Assembly: GCA_030390025.1 (NCBI GenBank)
Contig: CM059438.1
Location: 67,458,001 to 67,522,000, forward strand
Reading direction: 5' to 3'
Source: Squalus acanthias
Taxonomy: Eukaryota
Length of the DNA stretch: 64,000 nt
Positions 44,730 to 58,775 of the stretch are shown here, piece after piece; position 1 is the stretch's first letter, and each line of letters begins with the position of its first letter. Below the pieces are notes generated by a model. The model was given only the letters and a program-made list of their open reading frames with translations, had not been told where the DNA came from and did no database searches. A program made the position numbers and the translations under genes.

Positions 44730-46680
44730 CGGGCAGAGAGGGGGCTTCAATTGGTAAAACTGTGCTACCCAACCCCAACTGGCTGCAAATGCGCCGACTT
44801 CCGGTTTAACCACGGAGGTTTGGGGTCGGCTGAGTAACCCGCTCTGGAGAGCTGGGTCCACCATTATAATATGTTAATGAAGCTCCGTTCCTCAGGTTTT
44901 GACAGCCATTTTTTAACGGCTGCGAGCCAAGTTTCCCAGGGCTCGGGAAACCCGGCAGCTTAAGGGAGGCTGGAGCTGTCAGATCCAACAGGTAAGGCCT
45001 TTATTAGGACTGCTTTTGGGCCAGGAGGAGCAGTAGTGCTTCCCCCGCCCCTCAAGCAAACCTGCCATGATATCTCCCCCCACCCCCACGATCTCCACCG
45101 TGATCTCTCCCCCTGTGATTTCCCCACGATCTCTCATCCCAGCGACCTTTCTTTCCCCGTTATCTCTTCCCCTCGTGATGTCTCGCCCCCGCCGTGATCT
45201 CCCTGCCGTGACCTCTCCCTCCCTGCGCTCCCTTCCCCCTCACGAGCTCTCCCCTCCCTGTGATCTCCTCGTGACCTCTCACCTCCGCGACCTTTCACCT
45301 CCGCACGATCTCTCCCTCCCTCGCACTCCACCAATGACCCTCGATCTTCTCGATTTCTGGGGACCATCCTCAGCTGCCGCCTTGTACCGCAGGCCTTCCT
45401 GCCCGGTAGCCAGCCAGCCTCTCAATCTGGCCGGCTGCCGGGCAGGAAATGGAGTGAAAAAAATTCTAATGAGGTCCTGCCATTAAATTCGGCAGGACCT
45501 CCGTGTTCCTGGCATTTCCAGGATTCCCAATCGCAGACATGTGCCCTCGCTCCCTCCCCGCCTCCCTGTAAATATCGGGGCCTCTGTTTCAGCTTTCAGT
45601 TTTGCTTTTAACTTCTCTTTCTCGAACAAACAGGTGAAAGAAAATTAGCCGTTCTAACTATTTAAATACATACAAAACATCTAAAAATTAATCAACGCCA
45701 CAATTTCAAAGTGCAAAGTTTCATCTCTGCCACAGGATACATGCTGAGTTTGCTAAATAAGCATCTTCTTGAAAATATTTTAACTTAAATCAAATTCCTG
45801 GTCAAGTTACCTCAGATTAAATTCTAAATTCCGTGCTTTACATTGTTTTGATGGTTTTATACAAACGAAGCCCAAATTAAATTAGCTGAGCTTCTTCTAA
45901 TGATGTCTTCCCTGGGCCTTCCCCGTTAATGGACAGAAGGTGGGGGCAGGATGGGTTTGCAGACAGCAGGTTCTGGTACAGTGTGTGAATGGCGGATTTT
46001 GCAGTCAGCAATGAAAAAGATTCTGCTGGTTCGAGGCCCAAACCCGCCTGAGGTGCCGCCTGATGACATCATTGGCACCGCGACTTAAATTTAATTAGAA
46101 GTGAGAGGGAGGCCCGAGCTGTTGACTGCCCAGCAGCTGATCCGAGGCGGGTACTGCCGACTCCCAAAGGTAGGTGCTAACGATCTCTTTTCGCGCTCCT
46201 TGTGGGCCAGGGAGAGCAGGAGCCCCCCGCCCCCCCCCCCCCCAACCCCCCCAGGCCTCATAAGGAAGCCTTCGGCCTCCTGCAGCCCCAATCACTTCTT
46301 GGAGCCTCTCTCCGCCCCCCGGCCCTGATCTCCAGCCTCTTCCTCTCCCAATTTCAAGCCTCCCCCACCCCGTTCCCGATCTCCAGTCTCCGCCCCCCCA
46401 CCCCTGCTCCCAATCGTGGCCCTTAGCTGATGCTCCCATCCGAGTGCAGGGGACCGTCCTCACAGATCCCCGGCTGCGGCCTCCTGCCGCTATTTTTCTC
46501 TTCCTTCGGCCAGGCTATCAATTCGGCCAGCTGCTGGGCGAGAGGCGGCCCAATATTCTAATCAGGCCCTGCCGTTAAGATCCGCAAGGCCTGCACGTCA
46601 CCAGCCTTGCCGGGTTCTTCGACTGATTACGTGCTCCCCGCACCCTTCCCCTCCCCAGTTCCCCGTTAATATCGGGGCCA
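44730..46680. mobile_element. Two related GC-rich non-autonomous elements (about 44730-45585 and 45920-46680)
   Basis: Both end in AATATCGGGGCC, share CTAATxAGGxCCTGCCxTTAA, and have a C-rich (CCCxGATCT)-like low-complexity core. Confidence 0.45.
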
Positions 46681-47796
46681 TGGTTTCAGGAACCCCAATG
46701 AACTCAAGATTCAGGCTTCTCAGACTGGCAAAGGCCAACAAAGGGAAACATTGCCAGAGGCATTTTAAACAAAGCAAAGGTAGTCATATAGAGAAGTTCA
46801 ATCTTTTGTTTTGTTCCTACTGTAATTTTTTTCCGCCTTTGTCATGCTACAAACCTTAATCACAGTGATTAGCCATCAGCTGAGCGGAGAAACCAGGACT
46901 TTACTGACTGATCATTCTTGATTTGTTGTTCATTTGTCCTTAACTGTTCCCCATTGGAATGTTTTGTCCCTGCTTTGTCAGTTTTAATTGGTAAATTGAC
47001 GACCAATTCAATTGTGATTTGTTACTGTTTAACAAATATGAAAGTTAAGTCAGTCAAGTTCAAGTGTGACAAAGAAATGTGCACATATCCAGATGTGACC
47101 TCCAAGGTGTAATGAACAAAACATGCCCTAGCTGTTAACCATATGTGTAAATCGCTACTGCAAAAAAGCCAGTTATGGTATGGGAGCTTCTCTCATTATA
47201 ATGAATGCTACTCGCTGATGATGAGGATGGGACCCCAGCTTAAACTACTGGCGGTTGACAGAAAGAGCTGTTACCTAAGCAGAATAAATTTAACTATCTA
47301 AGTATGTGAGATAGCATTGTTCTTGACCATTTATGTTATTTCCTCACATGTCGTCATACCGATGTTATTCGCATATAGAGTGAAAGTCATCAAATTCAGC
47401 TCTCATGAGCAACATCACTTGTCTTTCAATTTGGGATTTTTCTCAAAAACTGTGCAAATGACTTCATTTTTCCGATGGCACATCCTGAACCGGCTTCTTT
47501 TAGACTGTGGGACCTTGGCCACTGAGAACTGGCTTGATGCCACCCGGGCATTCCTTCCAATTCAACAATCTCCCTCTCAGAGTTCCCGAGGATAAAGAAT
47601 GTCGAAAATGATCAGCGTCAAGCTGGGCACATTAACTTGCACCCTGAGATTGGTGGGAATGATCAGTGTGCCATAGTGAAGGTCTGTACTGCTGAAGGCT
47701 AGTGCTGCACCCGATGTGGGAGTGGTTGATGTTTACACTGGATCGACGGCGAAGGAATTGCCATTCCAGTTGCAGGAAGCGAGGCTCCTCACTAAC

Positions 47797-47910
47797 ATAG
47801 TTTGACTCGTACATTGCAAAAGTAGAAACCAGGGACAGCAAGAAATCACTTGTTTCAATCGTGCTGTTCATAGCTTTTACAAAAATAATTCTGATCCAAA
47901 CTGACAGCTC
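47797..47910 (-). CDS. Candidate host coding exon (unidentified gene)
   Basis: ttgcag|ELSVWIRIIFVKAMNSTIETSDFLLSLVSTFAMYESNY|gttagt; 114 nt, phase 0-0. Confidence 0.3.
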
Positions 47911-49865
47911 CTGCAATGTCCAAACGTAAACAGGATTCCAAACCTGATATTTTTGGTTAAGTTATAATGAATAGCTTGCTTTGGCCCTTTTTACACGGGG
48001 GAGTTCTACCTGCATAAATCTGGTACAGTATTATTATTTGTGTCTCCAGTGTAAACCCTCAAGATTCATGTTGCAAGCTATTTATGTTGCACGAAAGCAG
48101 TACGACATCTCACCCTTCTAAATGAGAGGCCTAATTTATTCTATTTTATGCCCTTGGCATATATAGGCAAGCAAATCAGCAGTGTTAGAAATGTCCCAGA
48201 GGAGCAACATGTTGAGGGTGGGTAGTATATGGACTTCTCCACTATTGTTGAAGCCGAGCCCAAAAATTCTGTGAACAGGGATTTACTTGAAAGGGAGGAA
48301 TGTTAAAAGGAATGGGCGCGAGCGAAAGAGTGATCTTAGACTAGATGCCTCACCGGCACAGACTTGATGGGCTGATTGGCCTATTTCTGAGCTGTGAACA
48401 TTCGATGATTCCACAATGAATTTGCAAATGTTTCAACTGTGGAGTTTATCTCCCCAGCTGTCCCATCCTGTGAACTCAGTTTATTCTGTCTGGTTCCCAG
48501 AACAACTTTTTAACTGAGCGGGCAAAAGGATTATCATCAAACCTTCTTCATTAGCCTCCTTATTACAAAGAATTCACTGCACACAAACAGGCCATTCGGC
48601 CCAACAGGTCTGTGCTGGTGTTTATGCTCCACACGAGCCTCCTCCTACCTTACTTCATCTCACCCTATCAGCACATCCTTCGTATTCCTTTCTCCCTGGT
48701 GTACTTATCTCGCTTCCCCTTAAATACATCAGATAACAGAACCTAAAAGACATTGATTGCACAGCAGTCTTTGCGCTTTGATCCTTAATTTCCGACAGAC
48801 TTCGCCATGACAACTTCTATTTTTGTATGTACCAGAGGAGAGAGGAAAAACAAAACAAGGAAGAAAGAACTTGCATTTATATAGCGCCTTTTATGACTTG
48901 AGGATGCCCCAAAGCGCTTCACAGCCAATGAAGTCCTTCTGAAGTGTAGTCACTGAAGTAATGTAGGATAAAGAAGCCAGTAAAGTGGAAGGAAAGCAAA
49001 AGAAGCAAGTCATATTTTTTTTAATACAGCAACTTGGCAAATTGTCACAGGGATGCAGCAAGAAATCCTTTGAGATGTTGCTTTTATCGAGCACTAAAGC
49101 AATGTTTCGCACCAATTTCCACCCGGCATTAAATATTGTTATTCATCTCCTGCTTGTATTTGGACAGAAACTGCGATATATCTTAATTTTTATAAGTATG
49201 TGCTACCACATTAAATGTGTATAAGTTAGAATAATGATCAGAAATGGGGAACATGCCCAACTTAAAGGTCAGGAATCTACGGCAGGTGGGTAATTCAGTC
49301 CCCGCCACATATAGCGGACGTGCTCGTGCTAACGCGATTTACCCGCTACACGTGTCGTACAGTAAAATCAACTGATTGAAGCTGCCCGAAGTCACTTTCT
49401 GACTGCCTCCCGTAGTTGCTAACAGCCCGAACAGCTGATTGAAGCTGCTTGAAGACCTGACTTTGGATGTAATCAGCGGAGTTTTGAAATCGGTAAGTAC
49501 TGAATTTCACAAAATAGTCAGCGCGTTTAATATGTTTTAAGCAGCGCCTTTGTAATTGACGCCTATCATGATGACAAATGGTTAGCGCCAATTCTTCGAT
49601 ATAGGCGGCTCTGCCCCCGATAAGCATGGATGGTGTAAGTGGCGGGGACTGTAAATGAAAATGTTTAATTTATGTCTTTGTGACCCTCACGTTAGTCCCT
49701 AACATTGATAACCTCTCAGCTCAGGAGTTGGCGCAGTTGAAGCAAGTCCAATGCCAATAGTACCATCAGCATCACTTAGTCCACCCACAAAGAGATATTG
49801 TTGAATGGTGGAGGTTAGTTTTCTTTCCATTTCCAGGATAAGTTGGCAGAGGGTCTTGTACTTAC

Positions 49866-49953
49866 CACCAATAGCTTGCGCAAGTTGAAAATGTCCTCTG
49901 CGAGTGGGATGTACATTTGGGTCTCCCAAGAGTCCAACACTCTTGCATTGTCA
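49866..49953 (-). CDS. Candidate host coding exon (unidentified gene)
   Basis: cag|T-DNARVLDSWETQMYIPLAEDIFNLRKLLV|gtaagt; strong donor, weak acceptor; phase 0 end fits the 47797-47910 candidate. Confidence 0.3.
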
Positions 49954-50865
49954 CTGTGTCAGGCAAACTTGTCATTTGTGAACCAAATAAAGGATGTTGC
50001 AGTAATTTAGTCCAACGTTTGTGATGTGGTTGTAACGAAAAGTGATAAACACAACCAATCACTGTGGTTTGACCTTAATCAATTTCAGCTTGTTCTGAGT
50101 CACATTCAAGTCCAAATTGGCAAGCCAACATAAGCCTTCACTAGTTTTGTCTTCACTCTGCTGATCCAGCCCAATCAGTTATAAATGTTACCTGTCATCA
50201 AGCCAACTTTGTCTGCAAGATCCCAACTGGACAACTACTTTCCTGTAATCCATGGGTCCCAGTCCTTATTTAAGAAATTAGAGGTTGATTTTAACAATGG
50301 CGGTGTTCTAAAATATTCAAATCTACTGATGGAGAGACACAGTGAAATGAACCGTTTCAGAAATAATATTTAGGCAAAGAATGAGTTTGCAGCTCACAAC
50401 ATAAGATCAGAAGCCAACTAAAAATGTGGGACGTTGAAGAATGTATGTCGATCTCATGGGATCTCTGACTCCTGAACTTCTAATTCACCATTGCCACGTG
50501 ACGATACTTTAGAAAAGTAGTTTGATTTGTGGTGGGTGCAGGATACTGTCCGAATGGAATTTGGCAATTTCCAGAGTCAAGATTTGGGGGAAAATTTGTA
50601 TAATTTGTTTGGATTTTAAAGCATTTTTCTTTCTATCGATCGATAGGCTCTGAGCTATTTTATTTCTGTCTTTATCTCGGTTGTAACTCTGTCACCAGGT
50701 ATTTAAATCTGATGCTATTAGACCTGAGATATGCCATCATGCTGGTAGGGATGTATTGATTCAGCAAAACGTAGCTTCTGTAACAAACTGAACTGGCAGC
50801 CAGTAATTTAGGTTGCACTGTGCATGAACTATTGGGCCAGAATTTGCTGTCAAAATAATGGCGCT

Positions 50866-53800
50866 TGAGGAGGTCAGCGCAAGGTCCATTTATTCACACT
50901 CCTGGATCCAGGGCAGGAAACACTTTAATGATCTTGTGCGAACATCAAAAGTGAGTATCCCATCACACTTACCTTCAATCTGCTTCCCTTCTCTTCTCAT
51001 CACCAGCGCTCTGCTTTGTAAGTCTGCTTCTCCACATACCACCTTACCCTTACTTCCCTTGCACCCTTACCTATCCATCTCTATCTCTGTACTGAATCAC
51101 TTCAAGCATCCTGCCTACGCACCCCTCACACTCCCTCTCACTGTTATGCAGTGACAACAACTAACAACGCACAGGGAGCTAGCTTCCTCTTGGCACCTTA
51201 TCCCATCTTCGTCTCCCTCAAAGCTTCTGTGGTAGGGATTCTTCACACTCACTCCATAACTGTGGTTGAAATTCCCCTTGTGTCCCTCCTTGCAGGAAAA
51301 GATAGCCCACAATAAGAGGGAGAGAGCATTGACTGGAGGAGCAACACCTACCCTAGCAACATTGACAAGTGCTGAGGAGGCGGCACATGAAATTGTTGGA
51401 GGTGGCGAGGATCTGGAAGTGGGCGATGGAGTGACAGGCACACGAAAGGAAGCTGGTGACATAATAGAGTTTCATCCTCATTGACATTTAGCGATTGACT
51501 GCAACGGCATATGATGTTCATAGAGAATCGCGTTGTATCATCTGCTCAAAAGGAAGTGTCAGCTATATCAATATCAGATGTCTAAATCATGCCTTTACTC
51601 TCCCACAGGACCATCGAGCGCCCCCCTCCCCACGATCCAGGACGAAGAGCTGGACGACTCCTCAGAGGAACCTGAAGCCTCTGAGGGAGCAGCATCACCA
51701 GGACTCAGCGCACCCAGCACCAGCACAGCAACACTCACCTCGGTGGGGCCCTCGCGAGTTAGAGTAGTGTTGCCACCTGGTCTATCACAGCGCATAAGTG
51801 AGCATCAGCAGATGGTGGAGACAGCGACAGCAGTGGAGAGTCCTCGGCGGAGGTCGCAGCAATCTCCTAGCTCTGCTGAGCTCCATGCAGACGCTGTTGC
51901 CTCTGGGGCCATCCAGAAAAAGAGCGTCTCGGCAAATACAGGAACACGTACAGGAGTCTCTGGAAGGGTTTGCCTCCAGGGTTAGTGCGAGTGTGGATAG
52001 ACTGGAGGAGTCCATTTCTAACATCATCACTGCCATGGTGGAGGCAATGGCGCATGAACACACCACCATGGATAGGATGGCAACCTCCATGGAAAGGCTG
52101 GCTACCTCCGTGGAAAGAATGGCTACTGCCATGGAGGAAATAAGTCGCCAGAGTCAGGAAAACATGGTGACTGTTCAAAATAGAATATCATCTCTGGAGG
52201 GGAGATGGGCAGCTATTTAGCAGAGAGACCAGAGCTTCATGGATGTCCTTGTGATGAGGACTGCCAGTGCAGATACGGGTCCTCATGGCCCCCCTGATGT
52301 GCAGCAAGGTGCTCTCCAGCCACCTGCCAGCACTGAGGTGCGGCTGACCCATGAGAGGGATGTTGTTGGCAGGACAGAAGTAAGTGTGGGCTCCTCTCAA
52401 AGTGCTCACACGACCATGCCACTGCAGAGCCCTCGGTCAGAGGCCCACTTTGCGGAGACAACTGAGATGGCCGTTTCAGCCCCTGCACAGGCACAGGAAG
52501 AGCAGAGTGTTGAAGAGCCCTCCCAGGCTCCCAAACCCAGAGGATGCCCGCCAAAGGTGTCTAAGCAGGAGCAGCATCCTAGTCAGCAAGGTGCCTTTAT
52601 ATCTGCTGAAGCCACAGGGGAAACACCACGTAGAAGCACGCGTAAGAGAAAGATTAAGCACCTATAGTCACAAGGCGACTCACGTGGGTGTTTTGTCTTT
52701 TTTTTTCTGACTGTTCTTGGTTTATTATCCTTTGTCATGTGTAAAAGAAAAATTATGGCAAACAGTTGATTGTGTGGCCTATGTGTTCTGGGAAATGGCA
52801 AAAGCGCATTGAGGGCTCAGGGTGACTTGCTTTTGTAATGCTGATGGTGAAAGTGATAGGAAATAACCGGGTATAGCAGAGATAATGTATGACGTTGGAC
52901 AACCCAAAAATGTGTGGGTTAGGTTGATTTGGCTATGATAAATTGACCCTTAGTGTTAGGGGGGATTAAATATGTGGGGTTATTGGGATATGTTAGGGGG
53001 AATTAAATACGTGGCGTTACGGGAGTAGGGTGGGATATGTGTACTGTGGGGATTAAAGCAGGGACAGGGTACTGGATTTGGATGATCAGCCATGATCGTA
53101 TTGAATGGCGGAGCAGGCTCGACGGGCCGAATGGCCTACTCCTGCTCCTAGATTCTATGTTTCTATGTTTCTATGTTAAGTGTTGCCTACAATTACAGAG
53201 CCATATGGTAGCCACCTATAGTTGAAGAGTAAGCTTATGGTAGTGTGGCATGGCAGTGTACATACCCTGCTTGACGGGCAGCAGTGAACTGGAGGGATGC
53301 TGCATTGGTCACAACAGGGCATGCAAGGTGCCCCTCATCATCCTCCTCCTCCTCCTCTTCCCAGTAAGATCTGCACTGAGCCATGCAGCTGCTGCTCCTC
53401 CGATTATGAGGACCAGGATGAGAGGACATAAATGTTTCCCACCCCCTTGCTATAGATTTCATTTGAGGCAACAAGCTTGCAAACGCACAGTCGAAGTGCC
53501 CTGAAATTATTCCATTCATGTCACACTGCAGATGGCTGTCAGCTTGAACAGTCACAAGGTCAGTAGATGTGCAAAATCTTATCCCATACCTAGGACAGCA
53601 AAGTTGTTGCATTTGAATGTCAGCCATGTTTCAGGGGCGCTTTTAAAGTGCTCCACCAATGCATACAAATCATGTCCTCCAGCAACTCGTCTCCTTGAGC
53701 CTGGCCTGTTTCTGACCAGATGGGAAACAGGAGCCAGAAGCACGAAAATGGAAAACCACTATGAAAATAGGATTAGCAAGGCAGTTAACAGCCTCTTAAC

Positions 53801-53968
53801 TGCCTGTCCCACCGGTTCCAGTTGGGTCAGTTTGGGAGCGGCTGTACAGACACTCATGAAAATTGGGTGGTGGGGGTGGGGGGGGGATGGAAGCGGGTTG
53901 GGTGTCTGAAGCCATTTTTTCCGATTTTCCCAACAGACCCGCCTCCTCAGGGCTAGTAAAATCGAGGC
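50866..53968 (+). mobile_element. Decayed PIF/Harbinger element with a spliced Myb/SANT-like gene remnant
   Basis: SWIQGRKHFNDLVRTSK|gtgagt; cag|EKIAHNKRERALTGG...LTSAEE; later low-complexity and heptad exons ending RRSTRKRKIKHL; right end TAGTAAAATCGAGGC resembles the 44660-44674 terminus. Confidence 0.6.
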
Positions 53969-54329
53969 TTGAGTATCTTTTTAGCGACGTGATAAGTGTT
54001 AATTACTGCCAATCAACCTCTCTGGCACTGAAAATTAACAATTACAAGTGTAGAATCTCATCCCTTCAAGTTTTACTTGTTATATATTAAAAAAATGTAA
54101 AATTTTAAATTAAAACTACTTTTCGTTTCTGTCTCTTTTTTCTCACTCTCTTAGGCCAATCTTTCTTTCCCTGTCTGTATTTCTCTTTCTGTACCTGATT
54201 TGACATTGACTTCACCCACTCTATTTTACTCTTCCTTCTCAGTCCTTGCGCTGTTTATTTCACAATCCTTCAATCTGATTGGTTAAGGAGATACACAGTT
54301 GCCTGCCTTGTTCACTCAGGTCCCAGATT

Positions 54330-55155
54330 CAGCAGGCGCATGGGAACACCCCCACCTCCAAGTTCCCCTCCAAGTCACACACCATCCTGACTTGGAAATA
54401 TATCGCCGATCCTTCATCGCCGCTGGGTCAAAATCCTTGAACTCCCTACCTAACAGCACTGTGAGAGTACCTTCACCATCAACATCCTGGGAGAGGGTCA
54501 CCATTGTCCAGAAACTTAAGTGGACCAGCCACATAAATAGTGTGGCTACAAAAGCAGGTCAGAGGCTGGGTATTCTGCGGCAAGTGTCTCACCTCCTGAC
54601 TCCCCAAAGCCTTTCCACCATCTACAAGGCACAAGTAAGGAGTGTGATGGAATACTCTCCACTTGCCTGGATGAGTGCAGCTCCAACAACACTCAAGAAG
54701 TTTGATACCATCCAGGACAAAGCAGCCCGCTTGATTGGCACCCCATCCACCACCTTAAACATTCACTCCCTCCACCACCGGCGCACCATGGCTGCAGTGT
54801 GTACCAGCTATAAGATGCACTGCAGCAACTTGCCAAGGCTTCTTTGGCAGCACCTCTCAAACCCGCGACCTCTACCACCTAGAAGGACAAGGGCAGCAGA
54901 TGCATGGGAACACCAGCACCTCCAGGTTCCCCTCCAAGTCACACACCATCCTGACTTGGAAATATATTGCCGTTCCTTCATCGTCACTGGGTCAAAATCC
55001 TGGAACTCCCTACCTAACAGCACTGTGGGAATACCTTCACCACACGGACTGCAGCGGTTCAAGAAGGCAGCTCACCACCCCTTTTTCAAGGGCAATTAGG
55101 GATGGTCAATAAATGCTGGCCTTGTCAGCGATGCCTACATCCCGTGAATTAATAA
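54330..55155 (+). mobile_element. LINE 3' fragments, same family as 2832-4300, rearranged/partly duplicated
   Basis: The WEHxHLQVPLQVTHHPDLEIY segment occurs twice (about 54335-54478 and 54900-55040); same 3' tail. Confidence 0.85.
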
Positions 55156-56173
55156 ATAAGAAGAAGCCCAGTTTCTCTCGCTGCGCCATTATCAGCTCAC
55201 ACTTTCAGCAACTTGATGCGCAAAAAATTAAAAAACTTAACGTGCAAGGGCAAGTCTAACTAATGGCAGATGCCGGGAGATGCCCTGCCACAGCATATTA
55301 TGGCCCACTGTGTTTTTCTCATATTAAGTTGCTTATCTATATATAAAGTGGAGGCTAGGATTGAGAGAGGAGCAAAGGAAATTTTATTCTTCATCTAAAC
55401 TGCATTATGCATGAGCTGGGAGTGTCTGAAACTGAAAAGTATTCAATTCCCCCAAAATAGCACCTTCTTTAACTCAAAATTCACACAAACAAACTCAGAC
55501 AGAGAATAAATCAGAAGATGGTAACAAAAATGGAGATAAGTCTTGATACCTGCTAGGAGATCTATGTTCCCCGCAACAATTATTTTCCCAATCCTGTCCT
55601 CATTATCTGGTTGATGGCAACAGTCGTGACCAAAGGGTGCAACATAACAATAAATATTGAGTTTCAGTTGGACAAACATTTCTTCATGTAACCCTGAGAC
55701 ATGTTAAATCTGAAATTATGATGGATAAATTCAAACTCTAGTGCACAAATTTCAGGGGCCCAGTTTTGGAACTTGAGTTAAAAATAGCTGATGATGTTCG
55801 CCATGGAATGCTTTACATATCTGACAGCAAGCAATTTTGAAAAATGTGAAAATTGTGGCACAATCATTAGACTGCAGCAAACCTTTTTTTTTTACATTTG
55901 TTTCAGGCTGATCAACTGTCCATTTGAGGGCTTGAAAATACAGCTAATCTCATTTTCAGCTTTATAGATCAAACATAATGGGTCGGGAACTTGTTGAAAA
56001 ATAATGGTGTGTTAACGATGCATGCCGTTATTAATGTGAAAATTGAACAGCAAGTTCAGGGGATTACGATATAAGCCGTGAGTTGCGAATCTCCAGCACC
56101 TGCTGATCGATTTACACCGCTCCACTATTTGCTTTGCACAAATCGTGTCTCACCTGAACCGCCGCGTTATTTT

Positions 56174-58775
56174 AAGAACATAAGAACATAAGAACATAAG
56201 AAATAGGAGCAGGAGTAGGCCAATTGGCCCCTCGAGCCTGCTCCGCCATTCAATAAGATCATGGCTGATCTGATCCTAACCGCCAATCTACTATCACAGA
56301 ACCATCTCCTGAACCTAACAGAATTGGACACACGAAATAGGAGCAGGATCAGGCTACACGGCCCCTGGGCCCGCTACGCTACCCACAGGGCCATGACCGA
56401 TCCGAACCTAGACTCATGTCCAAATTCCTGCCCGCTCCCCGTAACCCTTAATTCCCTTTACTTCTAGGAAACTGTCTATTTCTGTTTTAAATTTATGTAA
56501 TGATGTAGCTTCTACAGCTTTTTGGGGCAGCATATTCCATGGACCTACCACCCTCTGAGTGAAGTAATTCCTTCTCATCTCAGTTTTGAAAGAGCAGCCC
56601 CTTATTCTAAGACTATGCCCCCTAGTTCTAGTTTCACCCATCATCGGGAACATCCTCCCCGCATCCACCCGATCCAACCCCTTCACAATCTTATATGTTT
56701 CAATAAGATCGCCTCTCATTCTACTGAACTCCAATGAGTAGAGTCCCAATCTACCCAACCTCTCCTCATATGTCCATCCCCTCATCCCCGGGATTAACCG
56801 AGTGAACCTTCTTTGTACTGACTCGAGAGCAAGTATGTCTTTTCTTAAGTATGGACACCAAAACTGTATGCAGTATTCCAGGTGCGGTCTCACCAATACC
56901 TTGTACAACTGAAGCAATACCTCCCTATTTTTATATTCTATCCCCTTAGCAATGAAAGCCAACATTCCATTGGCCTTCTTAATCACTTGCTGCACCTGCA
57001 TACTAACCTTTTGAGTTTCGTGCACCAGGACCCCCAGATCCCTTTGTACTTCAGTACTTTCCAGTTTCTTGCCATTTAGATAATAACTTGCTCTACTATT
57101 TTTCCTGCCAAAGTGCATAACCTCACACTTTCCAGTATTGTATTCCATCTGCCAAATCTCTGCCCACTTACTTAGCCTGTCTATGTCCCCTTGCAGATTT
57201 TTTATGTCCTGCTCACTCACTACTTTCCCTCCCATCTTAGTATCATCTGCAAACTTTGATATGTTACACTCAGTCCCCTCCTCCAAATCGTTAATATAGA
57301 TTGTAAAGAGTTGGGGACCCAGCACTGACCCTTGCGGAACACCACTAGTTACTGATTGCCAGTCTGAGAATGAACCATTTATCCCAACTCTCTGCCTTCT
57401 GTTAGATAGCCAATTCTCTATCCATGCCAGAATATTACCCCCAATCCCGTGATTATTTATCTTAAGCAATAATCTTTTGTGTGGCACCTTGTCAAATGCC
57501 TTTTGGAAGTCTAAATACGCCACATCCACTGGTTCCCCTTTATCCACCCTGTGTGTTACTTCCTCAAAGAACTCCAGCAAATTTGTCTAACATGACTTCC
57601 CCTTCATAAAACCATGCTGACTTTGTCCTATTAAATTATGATTATCCAAATATCCCGTTACTGTCTCCTTAATAATGGACTCCAAAATTTTACCTACCAC
57701 AGATGTTAGGCTAACCGGTCTATAGTTTCCAGCCTTCTGTCTGCTGCCCTTTTTTAAATAAGGGTGTTACATTAGCAGTTTTCCAGTCTGCTGGGATCTT
57801 TGCTGAGTCCAGGGAGTTTTGGAAAATTATTACCAATGCATCCACAATCCCTACCGTCACTTCCCTCAAGACCCTAGGATGTAAGCCATCAGGTCCAGGT
57901 GATTTATTCGCCTTGAGTCCCATTATTTTACCGAGTACCACTTCCTTAGTGATTTTGATCGTGTTTAGCTCCTCCCCCCCTATAGCCCCCTGTTTGTCCA
58001 GTGTTGGGATATTCTTAGTGTCCTCTACTGTAAAGACTGATACAAAATATTCATTCAGTGTATTTGCCATCTCCATATTTCCCACCATTAATTTCCCGGT
58101 CTCATCCTCTGAGGGACCAACATTTACTTTAGCCACCCTTTTTCTTTTAATATAACTGTAAAAACTCTTACTATCTGTTTTTATATTTTTTGCTAATTTA
58201 CTTTCATAATCTATCTTCCCTTTCTTAATCAATCTTTTTGTTATTTTTTGCTGTCTTTTAAAGTTTTCCCAATCCTCTATCCTCCCACTAGATTTGGCTA
58301 CCTTATAAGCCCTTGTTTTTAGTCGAATACTATCCTTAATTTCTTTAGTTAGCCACGGATGACTGTCTTTTCTTTTACACCTTTTTCTTCTCAGTGGAAT
58401 ATATTTTTTTGGAAGTTGTAAAATAACTCCTTAAATGTACACCACTGATCATGTATCGTCTTACCCTTTAATCTATTTTCCCAATCCACTCTACTCAATT
58501 CCACTCGCATACCTTCATAGTCTCCTTTATTCAAGCTTAGCACGCTTGTTTGAGATCCAACCTTCTCACCCTCTAATTGAATATGGAATTCAACCATGTT
58601 ATGGTCACTCATTCCAAGGGGATCCTTTACTAGGACATTTTTAATTAATCCTGTCTCGTGACACAGGACCAGATCTAAGGTTGCTTGCCCCCTGGTCGGT
58701 TCAGTTACATACTGCTCAAGAAACCCATCCCTAATACACTCAATGAACTCATCCTCAAGGCAGCCCTGCCCAAGA
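56174..58775 (-). mobile_element. 5'-truncated CR1 LINE
   Basis: ORFs 56414-57580, 57720-58232 and 58391-58792 encode CR1 RT and endonuclease end (YLDFQKAFDKVPH, GVPQGSVLGP, FADD); (AAGAACAT)n tail at the left end. Confidence 0.92.

Noticed and set aside
45067..46463. Pro-rich and Gly-rich ORFs
   Set aside because: Translations of the C-rich low-complexity cores of non-autonomous elements.
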